A DNA stretch of 32,000 nt from Candidatus Paracaedimonas acanthamoebae (GCA_000743035.1 CP008936.1:660001-692000), one strand, 5' to 3'. Numbered from the stretch's first letter, positions 18,919-26,811 are shown. Notes: generated by a model not told the origin, from the sequence alone. A program made the numbers and translations.

Positions 18919-19039
18919 CATCTTTCATAAGATAAAATTTATAAAGAAGGTAAGCAAGCTTTTGCTTGACGTTCTTTAAATTTTAATTAAAAATTAATTC
19001 TTGATGGTAGGTTGTTAGAAAAATAAAGGTTAGTTATTT

Positions 19040-20383
19040 ATGAGAATGCGGTGGGTAGCACAAACATTTTTAACAATCCTTTTTTCACTATTCTTTTTAG
19101 CAAATAAACCTCTAACAGCTGCCAAATATGCCGCTTATGTTATGGATGCCCAGACAGGACAAGTTTTTCATGCGGAAAACGCACATGGGCGTGTCCATCC
19201 TGCCTCCTTAACAAAGATAGCAACTCTGTACATGATATTTGAAGCCCTGAACCAAGGAAGAGTTAAGCTTGATACAAAGCTCAAAATCTCTGCTCATGCA
19301 GCACGTCAAATTCCAACGAAATTAGGAATACCTGTTGGATCAACAATTTCTGTTAAAGATGCAATTCTTGCGCTTGTGACGAAATCAGCAAACGACGTTG
19401 CTGTTGCTGTTGCTGAACATCTATCTGGTTCTGAGGCCGCTTTTGCTCAGCAAATGACCAGAAGAGTTCGTCAACTTGGGCTTAAGAGTACGCTCTTTAA
19501 AAATGCTTCAGGTGTCCCCAATAAACAACAAATTACAACAGCAGCTGATATGGCAAAGCTTTTACAGATTGTCATTCGTGATTTTCCTAACTATTACAAG
19601 CGTTTTTTTGGGCAAAGAAGCTTTACCTATAATGGCGTTGTTCATGCAAACCATAATAAGCTCTTAGGGAAAGTTGAAGGTTTAGATGGTGGGAAGACAG
19701 GGTTCATTTGTGCTTCTGGTTTTAATATTTCAACTTCAACTATTCGTAATGGGAATAGGCTTATCACCGTGGTCATGGGAGGTGAGACTTCAAGGTGGCG
19801 TGATCAGCGCGTTATTTCTTTAACAAATAAGGGATTTTCTAGATTCAAAAAACGGCGTTTGGATACTGAATATATTGAACAAAGCGATCTTCATGAGTTA
19901 CCTAACCCACGGATGACTTCAGAGGATTCTTTGCAACAAGAAACGCAACAAACGGACAAATTTTCTCCTGACGAATTACCTCAGGTAAAACGTGCTAGTT
20001 TCTCACAATCTGTCCAGGGGATGAGTGCTCGCTATGCAAATAAGCCTTTCAAAAATACAATTGATATAAGCCCACACAAAAAAAAGACAAAAGAGGAAAA
20101 TCGGGGAGAGTGGGGTGTTCAAATCGGATCTTTCAAAGATGCAAACCAAGCGCATATGACGGCGGCTCGTCTACTCGCAAAACTTCCCGAAGATATTGAA
20201 GGCCAAGTTTCTATTACGAGGGCAAACCGTAAACAAGGAAATCCTTACAGGGCTCGTTTAATTGGCTTTAGTAAAGAAGCTGCTCAGCGTGTCTGCTATA
20301 TTATTGAAAACGAGGGGACACCTTGTCTTCCTTTTCAAGGGTATCGTCAAGAAAAGATATATACAGCAATGAATTCTCGCTAA
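19040..20383 (+). CDS. D-alanyl-D-alanine carboxypeptidase (S11, PBP5/6-like) with a C-terminal SPOR domain
   Basis: Signal peptide, then SxxK (PASLTK), SxN (KSANDV) and KTG (GGKTGF) motifs. The C-terminus GEWGVQIGSFKDANQAHMTAARLL...YRARLIGFSKEAAQRVC is SPOR-like. Confidence 0.9.
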   Translation: MRMRWVAQTFLTILFSLFFLANKPLTAAKYAAYVMDAQTGQVFHAENAHGRVHPASLTKIATLYMIFEALNQGRVKLDTKLKISAHAARQIPTKLGIPVGSTISVKDAILALVTKSANDVAVAVAEHLSGSEAAFAQQMTRRVRQLGLKSTLFKNASGVPNKQQITTAADMAKLLQIVIRDFPNYYKRFFGQRSFTYNGVVHANHNKLLGKVEGLDGGKTGFICASGFNISTSTIRNGNRLITVVMGGETSRWRDQRVISLTNKGFSRFKKRRLDTEYIEQSDLHELPNPRMTSEDSLQQETQQTDKFSPDELPQVKRASFSQSVQGMSARYANKPFKNTIDISPHKKKTKEENRGEWGVQIGSFKDANQAHMTAARLLAKLPEDIEGQVSITRANRKQGNPYRARLIGFSKEAAQRVCYIIENEGTPCLPFQGYRQEKIYTAMNSR

Positions 20384-20693
20384 GGTTAGAGTAATTCTGC
20401 TCAAATTACAGTAAAATTTAATTTTAAAACAAAGTACAAGGTTTAGGGTATTTCTTCTTTTTTAAAGAGAAATACGCTTAATTTTTAAATTTTACTCCAA
20501 TAAGCTTAAGAGTTTTTAATATATAGTATATTAAGGAGCTCAAAAAGATATCCCCTAAATTAAAAAGAAATTAGACATAAAGCTATATTGTAGCTTTGGA
20601 GGATATTCTGATAATTAATCAGAGGGCTTGTTTTGATAATGTTTATCCTTAATAAATCTAAATTTATAAGATAAAAGATTTTAGGGAGTAATA

Positions 20694-21206
20694 ATGGGGA
20701 AGACAAAAACCTATAAACCTTCGTCAAAGCAAGAAAAGAATAAAAAATGGGATATAATCAAAAATACTTACCCTTGGCGTTATGGGGTTGATTATAGATT
20801 ACATCCAGAAGAATATCGTGTGGGGAAGGGTGAGCAAGGAGTGCTGATTTGTGAGCCTTTTAAATCAGAAATACTTCCATTGTGGAGGTTTAGGACACCA
20901 GAAATTGCTCAAATAAGTAGCATTAAAATTTTTGAATTATTCAAAGAATATCTAAAAAAAGAAGAATTTGTTGGAGCAGATATGGCTCGAAAATTTTTAC
21001 AGATGGGCTATACAAGAGCTCGAAGATATGTGAATCATAATACAGGAAGAAAATACGATAAACTAACAGGAAAAGAACTTCCTTTAGGTTTATCTAACTT
21101 ATCAAAGGCTAAAAGTGCTCGAATTTTTTATAAAAAATGGAAAAAAGCTGAAACTGATTTTCAATATAAACAACTGAAAAAGAGTTGGAAAGAGAAATAT
21201 GGTTGA
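20694..21206 (+). CDS. DUF4385-family protein
   Basis: VDYRLHPEEYRVGKGEQGVLICEPFKSEILPLWRFRTPEIA...FVGADMARKFLQMGYTRARRYVNH matches my recollection of the DUF4385 signature. The RBS GGGAG lies upstream. Confidence 0.65.
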   Translation: MGKTKTYKPSSKQEKNKKWDIIKNTYPWRYGVDYRLHPEEYRVGKGEQGVLICEPFKSEILPLWRFRTPEIAQISSIKIFELFKEYLKKEEFVGADMARKFLQMGYTRARRYVNHNTGRKYDKLTGKELPLGLSNLSKAKSARIFYKKWKKAETDFQYKQLKKSWKEKYG

Positions 21207-21270
21207 AGTTTTTAATGCTAATTTTTAATATTATTAAAATAGATATCCTTAAATATAATGAATAAATTTA

Positions 21271-21279
21271 TTATAATAA
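21271..21279. repeat. 9-bp direct repeat TTATAATAA (putative target-site duplication, left copy)
   Basis: Directly abuts the left IR. An identical 9-mer abuts the right IR at 24757-24765. Confidence 0.6.
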
Positions 21280-21297
21280 CGCAGTGTGCAAGTTTTA
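21280..21297. repeat. IS terminal inverted repeat (transposase 3' side)
   Basis: CGCAGTGTGCAAGTTTTA. The reverse complement of 24739-24756 is CGCCGTGTGCAAGTTTTA, one mismatch. The repeat overlaps the transposase stop codon. Confidence 0.7.
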
Positions 21298-22191
21298 AGG
21301 CTTAATGATGGCCTGTAATTGTAACGGTTTGTTCGGGTTTTGGCTTAAATTAACAAAGAATGCCATAGTATGGGCCAAGATTTTCCGAACTACCTTGGCC
21401 GTTAAATGCCACAAGTCCTTAGCCCTGATTTTCTGAATATTAAACCGTTCCACAAATTGCCCTATCACTGTCTCTACCTTCCTCCTGACCGATTTGATTT
21501 TTTTGATGAACCACGAAGGTCGTGTCTCCTTCATGTTGTCCCTTAAGGGCGTTTCAAGGGATAAACCCAATCTCGTTAAAAACCCTTTAAGCTCTGGCCT
21601 GATAAGGCCCTTGTCTGCTACAAGGAGGCCCTTCAACCCTTCCACCAGTTCTGGCAAAACATCCCTCTCGTCAATATTGGCCGCCGCCATTGTAAAAGAA
21701 AGGGGGACGCCATGGGAACTCATCAACAGATGGCCTTTGAAGCCAAAATATTTTTCATCCTTGGCGGCGCAATAGCCCACAGATCCTATCCCCCTGAAAG
21801 GGTTCCTTTTTCTCCATGCCCTTTTGATGTGGCAAGTCGGTATAGGGAAGCCATCAAAAATAAACAAATCATCTTGGGCAGGGTAAAGGAGACTGACAAG
21901 CTTCTTTTGGATCCTCCCTTTCAGATACCATGTGTTCGCGCATTGGCGGATAAAGCTTGTCCGGCTCCCAAGCTTTGGAAACCAGTCCTGTCAATGCCAC
22001 TTGAAATATTCCCAGATTCTCTTGTCGCTTCCCAAGCCCAGATGCTCCCCTACGAGTTCCATGGTTATGACCTCGGCATCTGTGAGTTGGGGAGCTTCTC
22101 CACGGGTACGGATTGACGCTCCTCCTAATTCATCCCGAAGAAAATCATCGACAAGGCAAAAAACTGTTGTAATATACATCTCAAGGATCAT
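21295..22191 (-). pseudogene. IS982-family DDE transposase with an in-frame TGA (complement of 21991-21993)
   Basis: The 66-aa ORF (ITTVFCLVDDFLRDE...APQLTDAEVITMEL...EYFKWH*) and the 190-aa ORF are in the same frame. Reading through the single TGA gives ...WH*QDWFPKLGSRTSFIRQCANTWYLKGRIQKKLVSLLYPAQDDLFIFDGFPIPTCH...LLVADKGLIRPELKGFLTRLGLSLETPLRDNMKE. That is a roughly 298-codon IS982-like protein. Confidence 0.8.
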
Positions 22192-22346
22192 GGGTTCCTC
22201 CTTTGTTTATAGGGTGTTTTCACATATTCTTATAAACAAGGGATCCATGACCCTTCAACAGCTTAACACCCATTTGTCCTGTTTTTTCTGGTTACAAACG
22301 GAAAATGCTTCTGTTAATAGCCTATAGGCGCTCAATGCATTATCTT

Positions 22347-22360
22347 ACCTCCCCCCCCGC
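22347..22360. repeat. C-rich direct repeat ACCTCCCCCCCCGC (5' flank of the RT gene)
   Basis: The imperfect partner ACCTCCCCCGC lies at 23634-23644, 3' of the RT stop. Confidence 0.4.
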
Positions 22361-22368
22361 TCTTTACC

Positions 22369-23560
22369 ATGGATGACCTTGCCAGCGCCTATCAATGGAT
22401 CAGCAAGCTCCGGCGTGACTATTCCCCCAACTCCGACATCTGGAACTTCCGCCGGGACTGGAACACGATGAAAGCGGAAATGCTTGCCCAACTTAATGAC
22501 GGATCGTACCAGTTTGGGGTTGATCGACCGCCTGGAATTTGAGGATGCGACCATTTCCCTATGGTCTTCATGCGACATGGTTGCCCTCAAGCTTATCTCT
22601 CAATCCCTGGGGCGGCGGATGGCAAAATACATCCCTAAGTCCTGCTGCCACGTCAAAAACCATGGCGGACTTAAAAAGGCGGTCCGGCAAACTTATGAAG
22701 CTTTACACGAATATCAATATGTTATGCGTTCCGATGTTAAAAGTTATTACAGCTCAATCGATTTTAGCGTCCTAATGGAAATTATCGGGTCTTACGTCAC
22801 CCACCCCATCCTTTTAACCTTGGTTCGTAAAGCTTGCCAGCGAACCGAAACCTGTGGAGGAACCTTCTATGATTATGATACAAAAGGCATTCCAAAGGGC
22901 AGCCCGTTGTCCCCATTATTGGGCGCAGTCGCCTTGATTCTCCTTGATAAAGCCATGGGGAAAATCAAGGGCGTTTTTTACCAACGCTACATGGATGACT
23001 GGTGCGTGCTGACCAAAAGCAAGTCCGCCTTGCGTAAGGTCGTCAAGCGTACCCATGAAGTCATGAGGGACTTAAAGTTTCAGTTGCATCCCCTAAAGAC
23101 ATATATTGGCAAGATCAGCCGAGGCTTTAATTTTTTGGCCTATTACATGGATTATCAAAAAATCTTGCCCTCAAAAGAAACAATCCGGCGTTTCCACGAA
23201 CGCGCCACCGCTCTTTACGAGACCCCGCAATCCGGTCACAACCACACGCCACGCCGCTGTCGGCACACGCCAAAGATAGCTGCACCGCGCGACATATCGG
23301 AATATTTGGTTAACGAGGCAGCTCCCACCAATGCATACCTGGAAGGTGTGCTCCAGAATCTCTTGGCTTTGGCTGCACGATCACCGGACTCCCTTGCGGC
23401 GATGCGGAGGCGCTTCGACCTATGGAAAAGCTGGCTGAGATTCGGTATAGCCACAATCGGGGAGTTTGCAACATCCGTGCAAAATTTCCTGCCCTGCATG
23501 TTTTCATGTTTCATTCAGGGTTTCGCCGCGCCCGCCACGGGCTCGGCAGTTGTTGGCTAA
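22369..23560 (+). pseudogene. stand-alone reverse transcriptase (about 396 aa), class undetermined, interrupted by a 1-nt frameshift near 22519
   Basis: RT motifs occur in order: SDVKSYYSSIDF, GIPKGSPLSPLLGAV, YQRYMDDWCVL (YMDD at 22988-22999) and HPLKTYIGKISRGFNFLAYY. The N-terminal 50 codons (MDDLASAYQWISKLRRDYSPNSDIWNFRRDWNTMKAEMLAQLNDGSYQFG) are in frame 1 from the ATG at 22369. The rest is in frame 2 (LIDRLEFEDATISLW...). One extra G in TTTGGGGTT accounts for the shift. Confidence 0.85.
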
Positions 23561-23568
23561 GCTTTATT

Positions 23569-24384
23569 TCAGTTCACAAACGAAACATGAAATTTTCCAT
23601 GCGCCCGCGTCCGCGACACACCACCAGAATACCACCTCCCCCGCAACCCCGACGGCGCACTTTTTTTCCAATTTTCATATAAATCAATTTTAGATAAATT
23701 ATCCGTATTCTCCGTCGTCAAATAATCCATATCATGATCATCAGCAGCCCAACCCCCCCCCCATGTCCAGAACAACCCAACTGGTGCCTGTTCCTGTTTC
23801 CAGTTATCCATGATTGGCTGGAAGTGCGCCGCCGTGGTGCTGAGTTCCCTTTCAATCAAAAACCTTGGGGCAACCCATATCTCGACCTTAATGGCATTCT
23901 CTTCTTTCTTCCCCTTGCGGTACCCTGTGTTGATGCTCAGATATCTTCCCGCATCGTCACAGTTTGATAGGTTAAACGTCCCTTCGAGAGGGTTCGGCAA
24001 TGCCGAAATGAATAAGTTAATTCGTCCCACATCGTTATCGGGATTAGGCTTATAAATGAGTGTGTCTTTAAAAAAGCGCCAAAAATCATCCTTATTTTTC
24101 TCTCCTATATTAAAATATTCGCAAACCCATCTTTTCGCATTCTCTTTGATGGTTGCGTGCCAATCTTTACAAACAAGTGATAAGTTTTTACAAACCTCCT
24201 CGAAACTCTTGTTTTGTAGCCTATCTAACATAACAGATTCTTCTAGAATGCCATGAGTTAGTTCTGCTGGAAGCTGCGAGACGTAGCATTTTTCGCCCTC
24301 TTCATTTTCCGTTGCCTGGGTTGTCTGGCAGCCTAACGCCAGAAAGGCAAACAGCGCCCATAAAGATTTTCTAATAAAATTCAT
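23569..24384 (-). CDS. secreted protein or lipoprotein with an F-box-like motif; otherwise unknown function
   Basis: The RBS AAGGAG precedes the ATG. The signal peptide carries the lipobox LALGC. The motif SQLPAELTHGILEE...LSLVCKDWHATIKE resembles the F-box pattern LPxExLxxI...L.LVCKxW. The last roughly 30 codons are read from the GC-rich RT 3' flank. Confidence 0.5.
   Translation of the reverse strand: MNFIRKSLWALFAFLALGCQTTQATENEEGEKCYVSQLPAELTHGILEESVMLDRLQNKSFEEVCKNLSLVCKDWHATIKENAKRWVCEYFNIGEKNKDDFWRFFKDTLIYKPNPDNDVGRINLFISALPNPLEGTFNLSNCDDAGRYLSINTGYRKGKKEENAIKVEIWVAPRFLIERELSTTAAHFQPIMDNWKQEQAPVGLFWTWGGGWAADDHDMDYLTTENTDNLSKIDLYENWKKSAPSGLRGRWYSGGVSRTRAHGKFHVSFVN
23634..23644. repeat. 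C-rich direct repeat ACCTCCCCCGC (3' flank of the RT gene)
   Basis: Partner of 22347-22360. It lies in the GC-rich 130-nt stretch between the RT stop and a T7 run. Confidence 0.4.
23753..23762 (-). repeat. homopolymeric G10 tract (C10 on the + strand) inside the F-box-like CDS
   Basis: The coding strand reads TGG GGG GGG GGT, encoding WGGG in ...LFWTWGGGWAADD. Confidence 0.9.
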
Positions 24385-24738
24385 ACTAGTTCTCCTTAAA
24401 TACTTTTATATCATTTTTCCAAAAAACATCTTCAGCTTTTAGTTGATATTTGTGTCATTCATATATCTAAGAACTCAAGGATCAAAATACAAGACACTAC
24501 CCAACTTTTTTGCATTTCTATTTGAAAATTATTTTAATTTGTTGATACTTAATGATAATTATTATAATAACTTCAGCTCGAATTGCAAAAAAATTGATTA
24601 CGAGATGATCAATAGCACGATTTATGAAGGTCAAAGAATTCATAATGTTGCAGGAGATACTGCGCTTCCAATAAGTAAAAGGGCAACCTAGAACTTATCT
24701 TCTCTCATAGAGCGTGCAACCTCATCTACGGCATCCAA

Positions 24739-24756
24739 TAAAACTTGCACACGGCG
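24739..24756. repeat. IS terminal inverted repeat (distal copy)
   Basis: TAAAACTTGCACACGGCG, followed directly by TTATAATAA. Confidence 0.7.
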
Positions 24757-24765
24757 TTATAATAA
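24757..24765. repeat. 9-bp direct repeat TTATAATAA (putative target-site duplication, right copy)
   Basis: Identical to 21271-21279 and directly abuts the IR. Confidence 0.6.
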
Positions 24766-25244
24766 TATATTAATAAACATCAATATTTATAATATGATTA
24801 TTGAAAAAAACCTCTTTTAAATTTTTTAATGAGATATATTTTTGAACTTTTTATATAAATATTTGAGGCTATTAGAATGCTTAATTAAAAACTGTGCAGG
24901 CATTCCTGAATCATACCTATCATAATTTTTTAAAGTTTTTGTGCTTATAGTATGCTTTCTTTCTCTTCTTGCTATCATCTTATTATTTCCTAAATTTAAG
25001 TTTTATTTAATAGACAATAGGATGATCGCTAGTTACTTTACGATGTGAATTATTAGAAGTTTTTAACCAAGAATAAATATTTATAACTTAAATACTTGAA
25101 AAGTAATATTATTTTTATGAAAATTCATAAAGTTTAAAATCATAACAAATTATCGACTTTAACTCAAAGATTTCAATAGCTTAATTTTAAGATGTCTAGG
25201 ATGACTAAAGCAATTTTGCTAAACAACATTTAGAGGTAATAATT

Positions 25245-25376
25245 ATGGCAAAAGATAAAAAGAGTACACGCCATTCCCATGATACACAATATGGTAAGCA
25301 AGGATTTGCTTCATGCCTAAAGAACAAGCTAAAAAAATTGCCAGTAAAGGTTGAAAATCGCATGGAAAGCCCATGA
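25245..25376 (+). pseudogene. remnant of a KGG-repeat (YciG-like) general stress protein gene
   Basis: The RBS AGAGG precedes the ATG. MAKDKKSTRHSHDTQYGKQGFAS then shifts frame into MPKEQAKKIASKG*KSHGKP. The joined GFASMPKEQAKKIASKG(G)KSHG resembles the KGG stress-protein repeat but carries one frameshift and one TGA. Confidence 0.4.
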
Positions 25377-25686
25377 TAGAGATAACGATCGTTCTAGGTA
25401 ACTTATCAGCTTTAAGTTAACGACTTAAAGTACACTTCCCTACCTATTTAGATTCTTACTAAATCCTATAAATTTAAATTATAATATTAACTTCTTATGC
25501 TCTCTCAATTTCATCCTATTTTAAACTTAAAGAAAAATTTATAGCTAAATACCTACTATTGCTTTTTCTTTATTTCCGAGTTATTAAAAGTCAATACAAA
25601 GCAATTCTTATAATTATTAAAAAATTTTGAATTACTTGATTTAAGCCAAGAGTATACATTTAAAATATAAGGAGAAAGACCACTAA

Positions 25687-26811
25687 TTGAATTATTATAT
25701 TTCCAGAAGTGATTTTTATAAAGAATTTTATGATAATGCTCCTGATATGTTTATATGTGTCGATCGCATTTCACAGAAAATTATAGAATGCAACCAAGCC
25801 TGTTCTGATAAACTTGGGTATACTAAAGAAGAACTTCTAAATATGGAGTCTGTAGCTCATATATATCACCAAGATTGCTATGAAGATAGATTAAGGATGA
25901 TAGAGTTATACGATCGTACAGGGAGTGTAAATGATATGGAACTTATTTTAGTAAATAAATGGGGAAATAAGTGTTACGTTTCTTTAAGTATTAAAGCCGT
26001 TAAGGATAAAGATGGTAAAGTTTTATATAGCCGAGGGATATTTCGAGATATTACAAGGCTTATTGAGAAAAGAAAAAAAATAAGAGCTCTTAACAAAGAG
26101 CTTAGTATAAAAAACCAAGATTTAGCAACGCTCTTTCATATTTTATCGCATGACATTCAGTCTTCATTAAGAATTATAAAACATTCCTCAGAATGGATTA
26201 CAGAGGATAAAGAAAGCAATTTATCAACTGATACATTCAAATATTTATCTATGCTTAAGAATGCAGTTAAGCAAATTTATGATACAACTCAGAAAGTTTT
26301 AAAATTATTTATGAGCGATTTCGTTGAAGAGCCATCCATTATCCACCTACCTCATCTGCTTACAGAGATTAAAAATAGATTACTTTTAGAAAATAATGTT
26401 AATATTACTTTAAACACAAATAGAGATTCCTATAGAACCTATAAGCATTTATTGACAGAGGTTTTATATAATTTGATTGGAAACGCAGTTAAACATCATA
26501 CTAATTCAAAATATATAAAAATAATGTTGAATATTACAAGTCAAGAAGATTCAATACTTGTTGAAGTTCAAGACGATGGGCCTGGTATTCCTAAAACGCT
26601 TCAAGGTAAGATTTTTGAACCTTTCCAAAGCTTTAATAAAAATACCAAAGAACAGGGGTTTGGTTTAGGCCTTACAATTGTAAAGAAGATTCTTGAGAAG
26701 CTTAATTCAAATATTGAAATAAAAAGTGACGTAAAGCATGGTACAAGTTTTAACTTTACATGGCCAGTATTTGAGCAAGAATTCCATTATGAGAAAATTG
26801 AGAAATTTTAG
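25687..26811 (+). CDS. PAS-domain sensor histidine kinase (no adjacent response regulator)
   Basis: PAS-like N-terminus, H-box FHILSHDIQSSLRII, N-box LIGNAVKH, G1 VQDDGPGIP and G2 GFGLGLTIVKKILE. The TTG start follows the RBS AAGGAG. Confidence 0.85.
   Translation: MNYYISRSDFYKEFYDNAPDMFICVDRISQKIIECNQACSDKLGYTKEELLNMESVAHIYHQDCYEDRLRMIELYDRTGSVNDMELILVNKWGNKCYVSLSIKAVKDKDGKVLYSRGIFRDITRLIEKRKKIRALNKELSIKNQDLATLFHILSHDIQSSLRIIKHSSEWITEDKESNLSTDTFKYLSMLKNAVKQIYDTTQKVLKLFMSDFVEEPSIIHLPHLLTEIKNRLLLENNVNITLNTNRDSYRTYKHLLTEVLYNLIGNAVKHHTNSKYIKIMLNITSQEDSILVEVQDDGPGIPKTLQGKIFEPFQSFNKNTKEQGFGLGLTIVKKILEKLNSNIEIKSDVKHGTSFNFTWPVFEQEFHYEKIEKF

Larger units (their letters stand above)
21280..24756 (-). 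mobile_element. IS982-family-bounded composite unit (3477 bp) carrying an RT gene and an F-box-like gene
   Basis: The terminal 18-bp inverted repeats match at 17 of 18 positions and are flanked by identical 9-bp direct repeats. An IS982-type transposase lies at the left end. By eye the base composition is more GC-rich than the flanking DNA. Confidence 0.6.

Noticed and set aside
20516-20534. A perfect AT-only palindrome TTAATATA-TAG-TATATTAA, and the convergent gene orientation around 21-28 kb, as a possible dif/terminus signature.
   Set aside because: The palindrome lacks the conserved XerC/XerD arm sequences (GCGCATAA / TTATGTTAAAT type). A 32-kb window is too short to infer a replication terminus.
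499-21993. Two in-frame TGA codons in conserved-looking frames (MFS at 499-501; transposase at 21991-21993) could mean UGA is decoded as an amino acid (code 4-like) or as selenocysteine.
   Set aside because: TGA clearly ends well-conserved genes at their expected C-termini in the same window (cpaF 10679-10681, tadC 12628-12630, prmA 17092-17094, the second tadE-like gene). No SECIS-like context is evident. Nonsense mutations in decaying genes are the simpler explanation.
21494-22327. Plus-strand ORFs 21494-21775, 21712-22116 and 21932-22327.
   Set aside because: They are antisense to the IS982 transposase frame, which has clear family motifs. They have no RBS or recognisable motifs.
22192-23690. 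The RT as part of a group II intron.
   Set aside because: There is no room for ribozyme domains I-III upstream of the ORF (about 20 nt of unique flank). No GUGYG-like 5' end or domain V/VI-like hairpins were spotted. The protein lacks an evident maturase/En extension and has YMDD rather than the usual YADD.
22192-23690. The RT as a retron.
   Set aside because: No long, stable msd-type inverted repeat or a1/a2 repeats were seen in either flank. The protein lacks the retron VTG region and NAxxH motif, and no effector gene lies in operon with it. A computational ncRNA search is still needed.
22345-23693. ORFs overlapping or antisense to the RT region (22345-22590 minus, 22539-22775 plus, 23236-23514 minus, 23310-23507 minus, 23422-23682 plus, 23466-23693 plus).
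   Set aside because: They lie in the GC-richer segment, where long spurious ORFs are expected. Their translations are Arg/Pro/Ala-rich low-complexity with no motifs. All overlap the well-supported RT frame.
23734-24256. Plus-strand ORFs 23734-23967, 23810-24055 and 24056-24256.
   Set aside because: They are antisense shadows of the 271-aa F-box-like ORF, with no start context or motifs.
22192-24384. The RT as a DGR, with the adjacent gene as the variable target.
   Set aside because: Motif 4 is GSPLSP, not the DGR-typical [IV]GxxxSQ. I could find no roughly 100-bp template/variable repeat pair between the RT flanks and the 3' part of the neighbouring gene. There is no avd-like ORF.
24443-24691. 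An 82-aa plus-strand ORF in the AT-rich spacer.
   Set aside because: It has a TTG start without an RBS and an Asn/Phe/Tyr/Ile-rich composition typical of a random ORF in AT-rich DNA. No motif was found.
24826-24978. A 50-aa minus-strand ORF (MIARRERKHTISTKTLKNYDRYDSGMPAQFLIKHSNSLKYLYKKFKNISH) with a weak AGGAAA upstream.
   Set aside because: There is no recognisable family and the context is AT-rich. It cannot be supported as a gene without homology or expression data.
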